This document shows, in pieces, positions 48,802 to 58,947 of a stretch of 64,000 nt of DNA. This DNA is from Halarcobacter sp. (GTDB lineage: Bacteria > Campylobacterota > Campylobacteria > Campylobacterales > Arcobacteraceae). The stretch is taken from the NCBI GenBank assembly GCA_048571215.1, contig CP182352.1, positions 1,280,001 through 1,344,000 of the forward strand, read 5' to 3'. Under the pieces are notes generated by a model. It made no database searches. It was not told the origin of the DNA and was given only the letters and a program-made list of their open reading frames with translations. Both the position numbers and the translations under genes were made by a program. Every line of letters starts with the position of its first letter. Position 1 is the stretch's first letter.

Positions 48802-49906
48802 AAGCCTCCTCGTACTTGCTAAATAGTTCTTGAATTTTTGGTTTTAGTCTATCAAACTCTTTGTTTTCACTTTGTTCTTTTATATGGTCTAAAAAGTACT
48901 CCTCTAAAGATAAAGCTTGAATATCATCTAAGGTATTACCCTCATTTGTATCTTTTTTGAACTCTCTTTTTATACTTACACTCATAGCAAGCGGGAAAAG
49001 TGCTTTTATCTCTTGGTTTTGTATATCTATTGATTGCATGGTTGTTAGGTTTTGAAGTTTTACTTCTACAATGGCATCTTTTGTATCGCTTGTATCTAAT
49101 GTGTCAAGGGCATTTTGATAGTTTTCACAATCTATTGTTTTAGATATTATTGGTCGTATTTTTATCTCTTTGTATTCTACGTCTAATTTATCGCTTAAGT
49201 TTACAAGAGCATAGCCTTTTGAGTTTCGTTTGTCATTTAGACTTGTACGCTCACTACTTCCACTATAGTATACATTTTCATGTTTGCCCACAGAGCCAAA
49301 ACCATGCCAATGTCCAAGTGCTACATAATCCATCTTTTCAAAAATATACTCTTTGTCTGTAGGATAAACCCACTCCCCAAACTCTTGCATCAAATACCAA
49401 GCTCCAACAGAACAGTGCATCATCATGATATTTCTTTTATCAGGGTTGATATTTTTTTCACATAAGTTTATCTCATCTTCTGCTTTTGTTTCATCATTCA
49501 TATGTGGTAAAGTATGGAAAACTATATCATCAAACTCTATTTTTTTGTAGTTTTGTTCATATGATACATGTACATTTTCAAACTCTTCAAATATCTTTAA
49601 AATTGGAGAGCTAAGATTTGTACGTGGTGTTGAGTGGTTTCCAGCTATCATGATGATAGGGATATTTAGTTTATCAAGTCTTTTGAACTCTTTTAGAGCA
49701 AAGGTTATAGCTCTATTGCTTGGAGAGCTTCTATGAAAAAGGTCGCCTGTATGTATTATAAAATCTGGTTTGATATTTTCTATATCATCAACTATTTGAG
49801 AAAAAGCATCGTAAAAGTCTGCTTCCCTTTGGTTGATATTTTCTTCATTTAATATCTCTAAGTCGTTGTATCCTAAGTGAGTATCACTAAAATGTATTAT
49901 TTTCAA
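48785..49906 (-). CDS. sbcD: Mre11/SbcD-like metallophosphoesterase nuclease
   Basis: SDTHLG, TGDLF, GNHS, ALGHWH, YSGS. Confidence 0.88.
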   Translation of the reverse strand: MKIIHFSDTHLGYNDLEILNEENINQREADFYDAFSQIVDDIENIKPDFIIHTGDLFHRSSPSNRAITFALKEFKRLDKLNIPIIMIAGNHSTPRTNLSSPILKIFEEFENVHVSYEQNYKKIEFDDIVFHTLPHMNDETKAEDEINLCEKNINPDKRNIMMMHCSVGAWYLMQEFGEWVYPTDKEYIFEKMDYVALGHWHGFGSVGKHENVYYSGSSERTSLNDKRNSKGYALVNLSDKLDVEYKEIKIRPIISKTIDCENYQNALDTLDTSDTKDAIVEVKLQNLTTMQSIDIQNQEIKALFPLAMSVSIKREFKKDTNEGNTLDDIQALSLEEYFLDHIKEQSENKEFDRLKPKIQELFSKYEEAYDDTL

Positions 49907-50011
49907 ATAAAACCTTATATTTGTTGTTAATAAACATTATATAATTTATAAAGTTAATAATTATAATGAACTCAATAAATTATATAATTTTATTAAAATT
50001 AGTTATAATCT

Positions 50012-50044
50012 TAACACTTTTACGTCACATTTTCGTCACATTTT
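50012..50044. promoter_or_regulatory. 11-bp direct repeats (CGTCACATTTT x2 plus one degenerate)
   Basis: Copies at 50023 and 50034; TAACACTTTTA at 50012. Confidence 0.55.
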
Positions 50045-50134
50045 TTTTAAATTGTTTGACTCATCTATCTTATAGAAACTTTTCAGTAATATAAAGCCTT
50101 TAAATTTTTATATGAAAAATAAAGGACTTTAAAA

Positions 50135-50779
50135 TTGAATAAAACAAATAAACATATTAAAAAACTTTCAAATTATGCATTAGTTGGTGGTCTTGGAGCT
50201 TTCTTGGTTACAGGATTAACAGGATGTTTTGATTCTGGGTCTAACAAACAACAAGGGCAAGGTAATGCTTTTAGTAATGCTACTCAAAAACAAAATGCTT
50301 TTGTTGTTGTAGAAGAAACTGCAAATGGTCAATATAGAATTGCTGATGAGTTTCCTGCTTCTAAAACTACTATAGTATTAAGAAAACCAGATGGAACTGA
50401 AAGAATTCTAAGCCAAAATGAGATAGATGCACTTGTAAAACAAGAAGCTGCAAAGATTGATAATGGTACTTCTGCATTAACTAACCCTGAGATGTCAAAT
50501 GGTGGTATGGGTCTTGGTGGTGTTTTATTATCTTCTATTGCTGGTGCTATGATTGGTTCTTGGATTGGTAATAAACTTTTCAATAATCAAAATTTTCAAA
50601 ACCAAAGAAAAGCACAATATAAATCTCCACAAACATATAGTAGATCTCAAAGTTCATTTAAAAAAGCCGCTGCTACTAAAAGTAGTTCTAAAAAAAGTGG
50701 TTTTTTTGGAAATAAATCAGGTAGTTCAAAATCAAGCAGTTCTTTCTTTGGAAGTAGAACTGGCGGATTTGGTGGCTAA
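50135..50779 (+). CDS. UPF0323-family lipoprotein
   Basis: Lipobox LTGC, SAIAG-like helix, Ser/Gly-rich tail GFGG; precedes GspS-like gene. Confidence 0.8.
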   Translation: MNKTNKHIKKLSNYALVGGLGAFLVTGLTGCFDSGSNKQQGQGNAFSNATQKQNAFVVVEETANGQYRIADEFPASKTTIVLRKPDGTERILSQNEIDALVKQEAAKIDNGTSALTNPEMSNGGMGLGGVLLSSIAGAMIGSWIGNKLFNNQNFQNQRKAQYKSPQTYSRSQSSFKKAAATKSSSKKSGFFGNKSGSSKSSSSFFGSRTGGFGG

Positions 50780-50783
50780 TTAG

Positions 50784-51962
50784 ATGATACTAAATAAATT
50801 ACAAGCACTGGATGATCAATATCTAGACTCAATAGGTTTTGTATGGCATACGGATACTGATAACTCCTCTTATATAGCAGATGAGCTTGTTCAAATCAAT
50901 GAAGAGGAAGCAAATGCATATTATGAAGCTTGCAATGAGTTATATGATATGTTTTGTGAGGCTGGTGAATATGTGATAGAAAACAATCTATTCCATGAGA
51001 TTAATATCCCATTTAACCTAGTAGAGCTTATAAAAGAATCTTGGGAAAATGATGTTCATTGGCATCTGTATTCTAGATTTGATTTAGCTGGGGGAATTGA
51101 TGGAAAACCTATAAAACTTATAGAGTTTAACTCTGATACACCCACTTCACTTTTTGAAACAGCTATAATCCAATGGGCATTATTAAAAAAGAATAACTTA
51201 ACTAATGTAAGTCAATTTAATAACTTATATGATGCACTTATAGATAATTTTAAAAGAATTATTACCCTAGAAAGTGATTTAGAGAAGTTTGAAGAGTATT
51301 ACTCTAAACTAAACTGGAAAATTTTATTTTCATCAATTTCAAGTTCATCTGAAGATATAAATACAACAAAACTTTTACAACATATTGCAAATGAAGCTGG
51401 GTTTAATACTGATTTTGAGTATATTGAAAATGTACAGTTTAGTGATGAGGGTATTTTCAAAGATAAAGAAAACTTTGAGTTTTGGTTTAAACTTATACCT
51501 TGGGAAGATATAGCAATAGAGGAAAGTGAACTTGCCCTACTTTTAACTCAAATTATAAAAGATAAAAAAGCGATTGTATTTAATCCTGCTTATACACTTA
51601 TGTTTCAATCAAAAGGTTTTATGAAAATACTTTGGGACTTGTACCCTAATCATCCTTTACTTTTAGAAACCTCTTTTGAACCTTTAGTGGGTAAAAAACA
51701 AGTAGAAAAAAGATGTTTTGGAAGAGAAGGAGCAAATACAAAAATCATAAATGTTGATGGTTCTATTGATGCACAAACGCAAGGTGAATATGAAGGTCAC
51801 AAAGCTATCTATCAAGAGTATGTTGAACTTCCAAGGGATGAAAAAGGAAACTCATATCAAGCGGGTGTATTTTATGCCTATGAAGCTTGTGCTTTAGGGT
51901 TTAGAAGAGGTGAAAAAATATTAAATAATATGTCAAAATTTGTAGGACATATGATAAAGTAA
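50784..51962 (+). CDS. Glutathionylspermidine synthase family ATP-grasp protein
   Basis: YSRFDL, IEFNSDTPT, FKLIPWE, GREG. Confidence 0.9.
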   Translation: MILNKLQALDDQYLDSIGFVWHTDTDNSSYIADELVQINEEEANAYYEACNELYDMFCEAGEYVIENNLFHEINIPFNLVELIKESWENDVHWHLYSRFDLAGGIDGKPIKLIEFNSDTPTSLFETAIIQWALLKKNNLTNVSQFNNLYDALIDNFKRIITLESDLEKFEEYYSKLNWKILFSSISSSSEDINTTKLLQHIANEAGFNTDFEYIENVQFSDEGIFKDKENFEFWFKLIPWEDIAIEESELALLLTQIIKDKKAIVFNPAYTLMFQSKGFMKILWDLYPNHPLLLETSFEPLVGKKQVEKRCFGREGANTKIINVDGSIDAQTQGEYEGHKAIYQEYVELPRDEKGNSYQAGVFYAYEACALGFRRGEKILNNMSKFVGHMIK

Positions 51963-51967
51963 TACTT

Positions 51968-53995
51968 CTAAGTATTACTTTTATCTTCTAAATCTAGTGT
52001 TATTATAAACTTAGCACCAATATAGTTTTTATCATTGTAATTGTTAGATGAATTCTCAACTTTTATATCCCCTTTCATACTTTCAACTACAATCTGATAA
52101 GCCATATATAAACCAAGACCAGTACCTTGTTCTTTTTCTTTTGTAGTAAAATATGGCTCAAATACTTTATTTATAATATCTTCATCTATTCCGCCTGCTG
52201 TATCTTCTATGGTTATAACAGCTTTATTATCTATAGTATCTGTAGAGATAAATATAATTCTATCTTCATCCTCTTCTTGCTTTTTCTTTAGTGCATCTTT
52301 TGCATTATTTAAAATCACAACTAAAACTTGAATCAATTCATTTTTATAATTATGCAATTCAATATCTTTTTTGTATTTTTTTATAATCTGTAAATTATGA
52401 TTATGGATAGAAGAATCAAATATATTTAAGGCATTTTCTACAGCAACTTTTATCTTAAAATGGACTTTTTCTTTTTCATTTTTTATATAGTTTTTAAAAT
52501 CCTCAATAACTTGTGATAGATATTTGGCATTTTTAACAATCCCATCAGAAAACTCAATAATATCTTCATCAGTTAAAATATCCATTTCTTTTTTTATTTT
52601 TAGTCCACTTGCAGCAGTAGAGATTGTACTTAATGGTTGCCTCCATTGGTGTGCAATATTTCCAATCATTTCTCCTAGGGCGACCATTTTTGATTGTTGA
52701 GAAAGTATTTTATCTTTTTCTTTTAACTCTTTTATTCTATTGGCAATCTTTTCCTCAAGCTGTTCATTTAAATCTTTTAATTGTTTTGTTTTTTCTTCAA
52801 CTTTTTCTTCTAGTTCCTCTTTATTTCTTTCTATTTTTGATTTATATATTTGAAAACTATTATTTATTTGATTTGAAATAAAATAGGAGATAACAATAAC
52901 TATAAGCAAAATTATCAAAACAAAATAGATAGATTTTGATAAAACCTCTTCAACTCCTTTTTCTTTTTCTTTTTTTGTTTTTTCCAATGCAAGTTCAAGA
53001 TCTTCCATATAAATGCCTGAACCAATAACCCAATTCCAGTCTTTAAAATATTTTACAAAACCAATTTTTTTGCTCATTTCATCTTCATTTGGTTTTGCCC
53101 AGTAATATTCTACAAAATTACCATCTTTGTTTTCTAAAGCTTTTTTTATAAATAATTGTATAATTTTTGTATTTTTTTTATCTACAAGTTCTTTATCATT
53201 TTTACCTATATCTTCTTTTCTATATGGATTATAAATAAGAGTATGATTTATATCGTGTATCCAAATATACCTATTTTTATTGTATTTAAACAAATCTAAT
53301 CTTTTTATTGCTTCTTCTTTTAGCTGTATATCAAAATCTTCTATATATTCACCATAACCAATATACCAATTAAAAGGTTCAAAGATTTTTACGAATGAAA
53401 TTTTATCAGATTGTTTTTTATTTGATAATTTATACCACTTATATTTTAAAAAGCCCTCTTTTTTTGTTTTTACAATATTTATAGCTTCCCGTACAAAATA
53501 TTTACCTGTAGCATCTTTTAGATTGTATGAAAGTGTATTTTCATTTTCTGGTGAAGATGGTGTTAGTTTTGAAACAGATTTATTATCACTTATAATATGT
53601 TCAACAAATAAATATCCATTGTTTCCAAATCTTATTTTTTTTAAAACATTTAAAATCTCTAATCGTAATTGTTTATCTGACCTAAACTCTTTTTTTTCTT
53701 TATAGATTTTTGAAATCAACTCATGTGCCATATAAACTCTGCGAATAAGTCTTTTTTCTAATCTTTCATTAGATTCTAGTTTTTTATACGATAGATAATT
53801 GTAATAGTTATTAACTATATTTTTTAAACCTTGTGCTTCTAGTCTTACTTTTTGATTTTTTGAAGTTTCTATGTCATATTTAGTATGGGTATTAAGAAAA
53901 GATATTGCAATATATAGTGTACTAAAAGTACTAATTATGATAAAAAAAATCGGCAATAATAAGATTATTTTTGAGAGATTTTTTTCTTTAATCAT
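51968..53995 (-). CDS. Cache-domain sensor histidine kinase
   Basis: Two Cache repeats (GFLKYKW/NFVEYYW, WYIGYG/WVIGSG), IAHQWRQPL, GTGLGL. Confidence 0.9.
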   Translation of the reverse strand: MIKEKNLSKIILLLPIFFIIISTFSTLYIAISFLNTHTKYDIETSKNQKVRLEAQGLKNIVNNYYNYLSYKKLESNERLEKRLIRRVYMAHELISKIYKEKKEFRSDKQLRLEILNVLKKIRFGNNGYLFVEHIISDNKSVSKLTPSSPENENTLSYNLKDATGKYFVREAINIVKTKKEGFLKYKWYKLSNKKQSDKISFVKIFEPFNWYIGYGEYIEDFDIQLKEEAIKRLDLFKYNKNRYIWIHDINHTLIYNPYRKEDIGKNDKELVDKKNTKIIQLFIKKALENKDGNFVEYYWAKPNEDEMSKKIGFVKYFKDWNWVIGSGIYMEDLELALEKTKKEKEKGVEEVLSKSIYFVLIILLIVIVISYFISNQINNSFQIYKSKIERNKEELEEKVEEKTKQLKDLNEQLEEKIANRIKELKEKDKILSQQSKMVALGEMIGNIAHQWRQPLSTISTAASGLKIKKEMDILTDEDIIEFSDGIVKNAKYLSQVIEDFKNYIKNEKEKVHFKIKVAVENALNIFDSSIHNHNLQIIKKYKKDIELHNYKNELIQVLVVILNNAKDALKKKQEEDEDRIIFISTDTIDNKAVITIEDTAGGIDEDIINKVFEPYFTTKEKEQGTGLGLYMAYQIVVESMKGDIKVENSSNNYNDKNYIGAKFIITLDLEDKSNT

Positions 53996-54008
53996 AGCTT
54001 ATAAACCT

Positions 54009-54965
54009 TTAAGTATCGTAAGTGGCTATATATTTGTCGACTAAATCTGTATCTACTATCAAATCTAAATTCATTAAATAAATATTATTTAATTTGAAAT
54101 ATTTTAGTTTTACAAAATCCTTTTCTGTAGTGATTATATCATAATCTTTATATTTTTTTATTATTTTGTTTATATCTTCAGATGTGAAGTTATGATGATC
54201 TTCAAAGGCTTCGAGTTTTGTCTCTTTAGGTAAAAACTCTAATAATCTTTTTGGTTTTGATATGGCAGTTAATAATAAAAGTCTCTTAGGTAAGATATCT
54301 ATAGTTTCACCAGCTTTAGAAAAACTAACAACTCTTTTAAAATCTTTACCCTCTTGTAGTACTAAATTTGCTAAGGCATAGGTCATTTTAGGTTCTCTAT
54401 ACCCACCACTTGGTAAACAAAAGATATTTGTAGGTTCATTTTTGGGTCTTATAAGTATATCAAATTTATTAATATCATATTTAGAAAAACCATCATCTAA
54501 AAATACAATTTTACAAGCTAACTCTTTGGCCTTTAAAATAGCTTTTTTTCTATCTTCACTTACGATTATTGTTGCATTTGGTAAAGAATTAGCTAAAAGC
54601 ATCGCTTCATCTCCACTTTGTTTTACATCATCTATTAGTAGTTTGCCCTTACTTGAAACCACTAATAAACCTTTTGATTCTCTACCATATCCCCTTAAGA
54701 TTACACATACATTTTCATATTTTTTTGCAAGGTGTATTGTTAAAGGTGTTTTGCCACTTCCTCCCACAATTATATTTCCAATGGATATTATAGGTATACC
54801 AAAGTCTATACCCTTAGCATTGACTCTTTTTAACATTATTATTAACATATAGATCAAGGTTAAGGGAAGTAGAAAAAATGAGATTATTTTTTGAAAAATA
54901 TTTGGGAAGAAGAGATAATCTTCAACCCACATATAAAACTTTTGTTTCAAATATTTTATACCCAC
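54009..54965 (-). CDS. lpxK: Tetraacyldisaccharide 4'-kinase
   Basis: GNIIVGGSGKTP, RGYG, GDE, LDDG, TTEKD. Confidence 0.92.
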   Translation of the reverse strand: MGIKYLKQKFYMWVEDYLFFPNIFQKIISFFLLPLTLIYMLIIMLKRVNAKGIDFGIPIISIGNIIVGGSGKTPLTIHLAKKYENVCVILRGYGRESKGLLVVSSKGKLLIDDVKQSGDEAMLLANSLPNATIIVSEDRKKAILKAKELACKIVFLDDGFSKYDINKFDILIRPKNEPTNIFCLPSGGYREPKMTYALANLVLQEGKDFKRVVSFSKAGETIDILPKRLLLLTAISKPKRLLEFLPKETKLEAFEDHHNFTSEDINKIIKKYKDYDIITTEKDFVKLKYFKLNNIYLMNLDLIVDTDLVDKYIATYDT

Positions 54966-56104
54966 TCAGAAGCGATATCAATAATTTGGTCACAAATATA
55001 GTTTACTTCGTCATTTGTAAGACCTGGGTACATAGGTATTGATAATATTTGTTGATAAGAGCTTAATGCTGAACTAAACTCAGTGATTTTTATAGAGTAT
55101 TTTGTTTTATAATACGTTAAAAGGTGTAAAGGGATATAGTTAAGTCCTGTTGCAATTCCTCTTTCTTTTAAAGCTCTTGCAAAAGCATCTCTATTTCTAG
55201 AAATTTTTATAATAAAGTGAGTAAATATATGTTCATCTTTATGTGTAGGGATAGATACATGTTTAATACCTGATAATCTATCTTTATATATTTTTGCTAT
55301 CTCTTTTCTTCTTTTTATAAATTTATTTGTTTTCTTTAGTTGTGCAAGAGAAAATGCTGCATCTAAATCTGACATATCATATTTATGACCAATATCAACC
55401 ACATCATATATATAATCTAAGTTTCCAAAATCATCATAGGTAGTAGTGATTGCATGAGTTCTAAGAAGTTTTGCTCTTTCTGCTATTTCTTGATTATTTG
55501 TTACTATTAAACCTGATCTACTAAGAGTATATTTACCATTTGATGGGTTTGTTGAAAAGATTGTCATATCTGCTCGTAGACTTCCTACAGTTTCATCTTT
55601 ATATGTAACTCCTAAAGCACAACTTGCATCTTCTATTAGAATAATTCCATATTTTTCTGCTATATCATAAATTCTATCTAAATCAGGAGTTTGTCCTGCA
55701 ACAAAAGTGATAATAGCACCTCTTAGTTTTTTACTTTTATTTTCAATAAGAGCTTTTTCAAATTTGTTTACATCGATATTCATATCATCACTATTTATAT
55801 CTATAAAAATAGGTTCTGCATCAAAATGTCTAACCACTTCAGGTACATTAACAAATGAGTTAACTGACATAAGAATTTTATCACCTCTTTTTAGTTTTAT
55901 TGCGCTTAATGCTAGATGAATAGCTGCTGTTGCATTGCATGTAGCAACTGCATATTTAGCACCAACAAAATTTGCAATATTCTCTTCTAGTTCTAAAACT
56001 TTATTGTCACCTTTATTTAATTCTAAAACATTTTTAATTTGATTTAACTCTTCTTCTGCTACTGACATTTTGTAAAAAGGTATATCTCTCATTATTAACT
56101 CCAT
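54956..56104 (-). CDS. DegT/DnrJ/EryC1/StrS aminotransferase family protein
   Basis: ATAAIHLAL, LIEDA, ILSIPMYP. Confidence 0.82.
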   Translation of the reverse strand: MELIMRDIPFYKMSVAEEELNQIKNVLELNKGDNKVLELEENIANFVGAKYAVATCNATAAIHLALSAIKLKRGDKILMSVNSFVNVPEVVRHFDAEPIFIDINSDDMNIDVNKFEKALIENKSKKLRGAIITFVAGQTPDLDRIYDIAEKYGIILIEDASCALGVTYKDETVGSLRADMTIFSTNPSNGKYTLSRSGLIVTNNQEIAERAKLLRTHAITTTYDDFGNLDYIYDVVDIGHKYDMSDLDAAFSLAQLKKTNKFIKRRKEIAKIYKDRLSGIKHVSIPTHKDEHIFTHFIIKISRNRDAFARALKERGIATGLNYIPLHLLTYYKTKYSIKITEFSSALSSYQQILSIPMYPGLTNDEVNYICDQIIDIASEWV

Positions 56105-56853
56105 TTTATATTTGCAATTATTGGCAACTTACCTTTAAAGGCATTTGATTTTATTCTATAAATTAATCTATCAATCAATATCTCATCATGACCTAAAGCG
56201 ATAACTTCATCTTTATTTTTATTTTCATCAACTAATAATTTAAGTACTATATCCATCTCTTTATAAGAATAACCAAGCTCCTCTTCATCACTTTGACCTT
56301 CCCATAAATCAGCACTTGGCTTTTTATTTAAAATTGATTCAGGAACTCCAAGAGTTTTTGCAAATTCAAATTCATCACTTTTATAAATCTCTCCAATAGG
56401 ATTAATAGCACAAGCTATATCTCCAAAAATAGTACCATAACCTAAAAGTAGTTCACTTTTGTTTGAAGTTCCTACAACAATTGATTTATCTCTCGAAGAG
56501 GTATCATATAAAACTGACATTCTCATTCTTGCACTAAAGTTACCAATTCTTAGTTTGTCTTCATCCATATTTTCAATATATGCTTCAACCATTGGAGCAA
56601 TAGATTTAACTTCGTACTTAATATCAAATTTTTCACAAAGTTCAATAGCATCTTCAATACTACTTTTTGATGAAAATTGTGAAGGCATTAGCACTGCACT
56701 CATGTTATCACCAAAAGTTTCTTTGCAAAGTATTGCAACTACCGCTGAATCAAGTCCCCCTGATACTCCAACAGTAACTTTTGATAAACCTGTTTTTTCA
56801 AGTTCTGTTTCTAAAAAGTTTTGTAATTGTTGTTTTATATCTTTCCAATTCAT
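56095..56853 (-). CDS. nadE: NH3-dependent NAD+ synthetase
   Basis: GVSGGLDS, ARMRM, GYGTIFGD, PSADLW. Confidence 0.95.
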   Translation of the reverse strand: MNWKDIKQQLQNFLETELEKTGLSKVTVGVSGGLDSAVVAILCKETFGDNMSAVLMPSQFSSKSSIEDAIELCEKFDIKYEVKSIAPMVEAYIENMDEDKLRIGNFSARMRMSVLYDTSSRDKSIVVGTSNKSELLLGYGTIFGDIACAINPIGEIYKSDEFEFAKTLGVPESILNKKPSADLWEGQSDEEELGYSYKEMDIVLKLLVDENKNKDEVIALGHDEILIDRLIYRIKSNAFKGKLPIIANIKWS

Positions 56854-56881
56854 AATTATCCTTTAATAAACTTTATTATAT

Positions 56882-57094
56882 TTAATCTTCCTTTGTTTTT
56901 TCATAAATTTCATCTAAAAAATCAAAAGTAGATTCTCTTATTTGGTTTTTTTTAACAATTAGGTCATCTCTAATCGAAATTAGCTCACTTAATTGAAAAT
57001 AATCTAAAAAATTAGAATTTATTTCTATAGTATCATTTTTATTTGTTGCTATTAATTGTTTTATCTCTTCAATTAGTTCGTATTTTTCTTCCAT
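56882..57094 (-). CDS. Small hypothetical protein
   Basis: Tightly packed in operon. Confidence 0.6.
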   Translation of the reverse strand: MEEKYELIEEIKQLIATNKNDTIEINSNFLDYFQLSELISIRDDLIVKKNQIRESTFDFLDEIYEKTKED

Positions 57095-57096
57095 TT

Positions 57097-57324
57097 TTAT
57101 CCATTAAATTTATTTAGTATCTCTTCTAAGTAGAGTTCCATTTTTTCTTCACCAATATCTGTTAAACTACTTTGACAACATTTACAACTAGTTCCAGCAT
57201 CTGTTAAAGAACCTAACTTTTCCATATTATTAGCATTTTTTTCTTTTATAGCATATATTATTTCACCTAAAGTTACATGTTTACAAGTGCAAACCTCATA
57301 TGAATGGGGAAATTTTCTAGCCAT
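57097..57324 (-). CDS. BFD-like (2Fe-2S)-binding protein
   Basis: VCTC...AGTSCKCC. Confidence 0.82.
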   Translation of the reverse strand: MARKFPHSYEVCTCKHVTLGEIIYAIKEKNANNMEKLGSLTDAGTSCKCCQSSLTDIGEEKMELYLEEILNKFNG

Positions 57325-57544
57325 TAATCTCCTTTAGTATATCTTTACAATAAAGTTGTTTTTTTATTTTTCCTTGGTCTGCTTCTTTGAAAATGCAGTT
57401 TCTACACTCAGTCCCAGCTTTTGTAATCTCTTGAAGCATACCTAAACTCTTTATACTATGTTCTTCAACTAAATCTCTTATTTGTCCTAATGTAATTTTT
57501 TTACAGTTACAAACTTCGTAGTTGTCATCAAAATCTTTTATCAA
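57317..57544 (-). CDS. BFD-like (2Fe-2S)-binding protein
   Basis: VCNC...AGTECRNC. Confidence 0.82.
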   Translation of the reverse strand: MIKDFDDNYEVCNCKKITLGQIRDLVEEHSIKSLGMLQEITKAGTECRNCIFKEADQGKIKKQLYCKDILKEING

Positions 57545-57545
57545 C

Positions 57546-58301
57546 TTAGATATTTCTCTCTTTTTTTATTATCTCATAAGCTTCATTTATCTCTTGCAGT
57601 TTTCTTGTAGCTTCTTCTATAATACTTTCATTTGCACCCTGCCCTGATAAAATATCTGGATGATGTTTTTTTACTAGGGTTCTATATCTTTTCTTTAAGG
57701 TGTTATTGTCATCACTAGGACTAGCTTCTAAAACCTCATAAGCTTTCTCAATAGATAAGGCTTGATTATTTTTTTGATCCCTATAAAAGTTTTCAAAAGC
57801 CTTAATCATATTTTCAAAATCTGATTTTTTTATTTTTAGGGCATTAGCAATATCTTCTGTAATCATAAACTCTGTTTTAGAAAACTCTTTATCAATAAAA
57901 GCAAGATTTAATAGATACTCCATAATCTTAACTCTTTTTTGATAATCAAATTTAGTGATTGAATATAGTTTATTACAAATATCTAAAGTATTATCAAAAC
58001 TCTCTTTTTCTTTTGCATAAATCTCTTTAAGTTTTTCTCTGATCTCATCTGCATTTTCAAAATGTCTTGAGATATCTGAAAATGTATGTTTTAACATTTG
58101 TGCTTCTAGTTCACAAACTTGACCATCTGCTTTTGCAACTTTTGCCATAAGTGCGACTAATAAACCTGCTTCATGGTTCATTAAATCCCCATCAAACCTC
58201 TCTTTTATATCCATCTTAATATTTTCAAACTTTTCAGTTTTGTAATTTTTTGCAATAAAATATAAAACAATACCTACTATAAATAAAAATAGCAATTTCA
58301 T
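57546..58301 (-). CDS. djlA: DjlA-like co-chaperone (TM + TerB-like + J domain)
   Basis: AKVAKADG, HPD motif, INEAYE. Confidence 0.85.
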   Translation of the reverse strand: MKLLFLFIVGIVLYFIAKNYKTEKFENIKMDIKERFDGDLMNHEAGLLVALMAKVAKADGQVCELEAQMLKHTFSDISRHFENADEIREKLKEIYAKEKESFDNTLDICNKLYSITKFDYQKRVKIMEYLLNLAFIDKEFSKTEFMITEDIANALKIKKSDFENMIKAFENFYRDQKNNQALSIEKAYEVLEASPSDDNNTLKKRYRTLVKKHHPDILSGQGANESIIEEATRKLQEINEAYEIIKKERNI

Positions 58302-58404
58302 ATGAACCCTTTGGATTATTTAAAATAATGGAAAGATTTTATCAAATAATTATTAAGTATGAGTTTATAAAGATAGATTTAGGTGTTTAAAATAAGTTTT
58401 AAAT

Positions 58405-58488
58405 TTATAAGAGGATTATTGCTTGGATAAAAAGCAATAATGCAGAAATAATAAAATAGTATCCACTGATTGTACTTAAAAATTCCAT
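58405..58488 (-). CDS. Candidate 27-aa single-TM small protein (not in ORF track)
   Basis: AAGGAG RBS then MEFLSTISGYYFIISALLLFIQAIILL. Confidence 0.5.
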   Translation of the reverse strand: MEFLSTISGYYFIISALLLFIQAIILL

Positions 58489-58625
58489 TGCATTCTCCTT
58501 ATTTTTATTTAGAATAATACTTATATAAGTAAACAATTTAGTTACAAATAAAAAAATGTCACTAAATAGTAATCACTTACCCTGTATCATATAAGTATTA
58601 ATAATATTTAAATTAGGAGTTAGTC

Positions 58626-58838
58626 ATGGAAAATTTTGGAATTTTTAAAGAGTTAAAATTAAGTTTATATAAATTTGATGAAAATAAAAAATTATTTGAG
58701 TACAACAATTGTTTTAATTTAAATATAGATTTATATAAATATTTAGCAGAAACAATATTAATAGTTAGATTTTTAAGAAAACATAACATTGAGTTTTTAG
58801 AAGATAATAGTGGAACCATTAAATTAATCCAAAAATAG
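58626..58838 (+). CDS. Small hypothetical protein
   Basis: AGGAG RBS, 70 aa. Confidence 0.55.
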   Translation: MENFGIFKELKLSLYKFDENKKLFEYNNCFNLNIDLYKYLAETILIVRFLRKHNIEFLEDNSGTIKLIQK

Positions 58839-58947
58839 TCTAATTTTAAAAATAAGATTATAAGCTCATATAATATTACGAAAACTAACTCAATTTTTAT
58901 TAAATATTGGGTAGAATCTTTGCTTTATAAAGATGATGGAGTTGTAT

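Noticed and set aside
27492..49906. Prophage or ICE call for the island
   Set aside because: No integrase, transposase, structural, conjugation or tRNA att features recognised.
58613..58819. Minus-strand 68-aa ORF
   Set aside because: Overlaps the plus-strand ORF 58626-58838, which has the better RBS.
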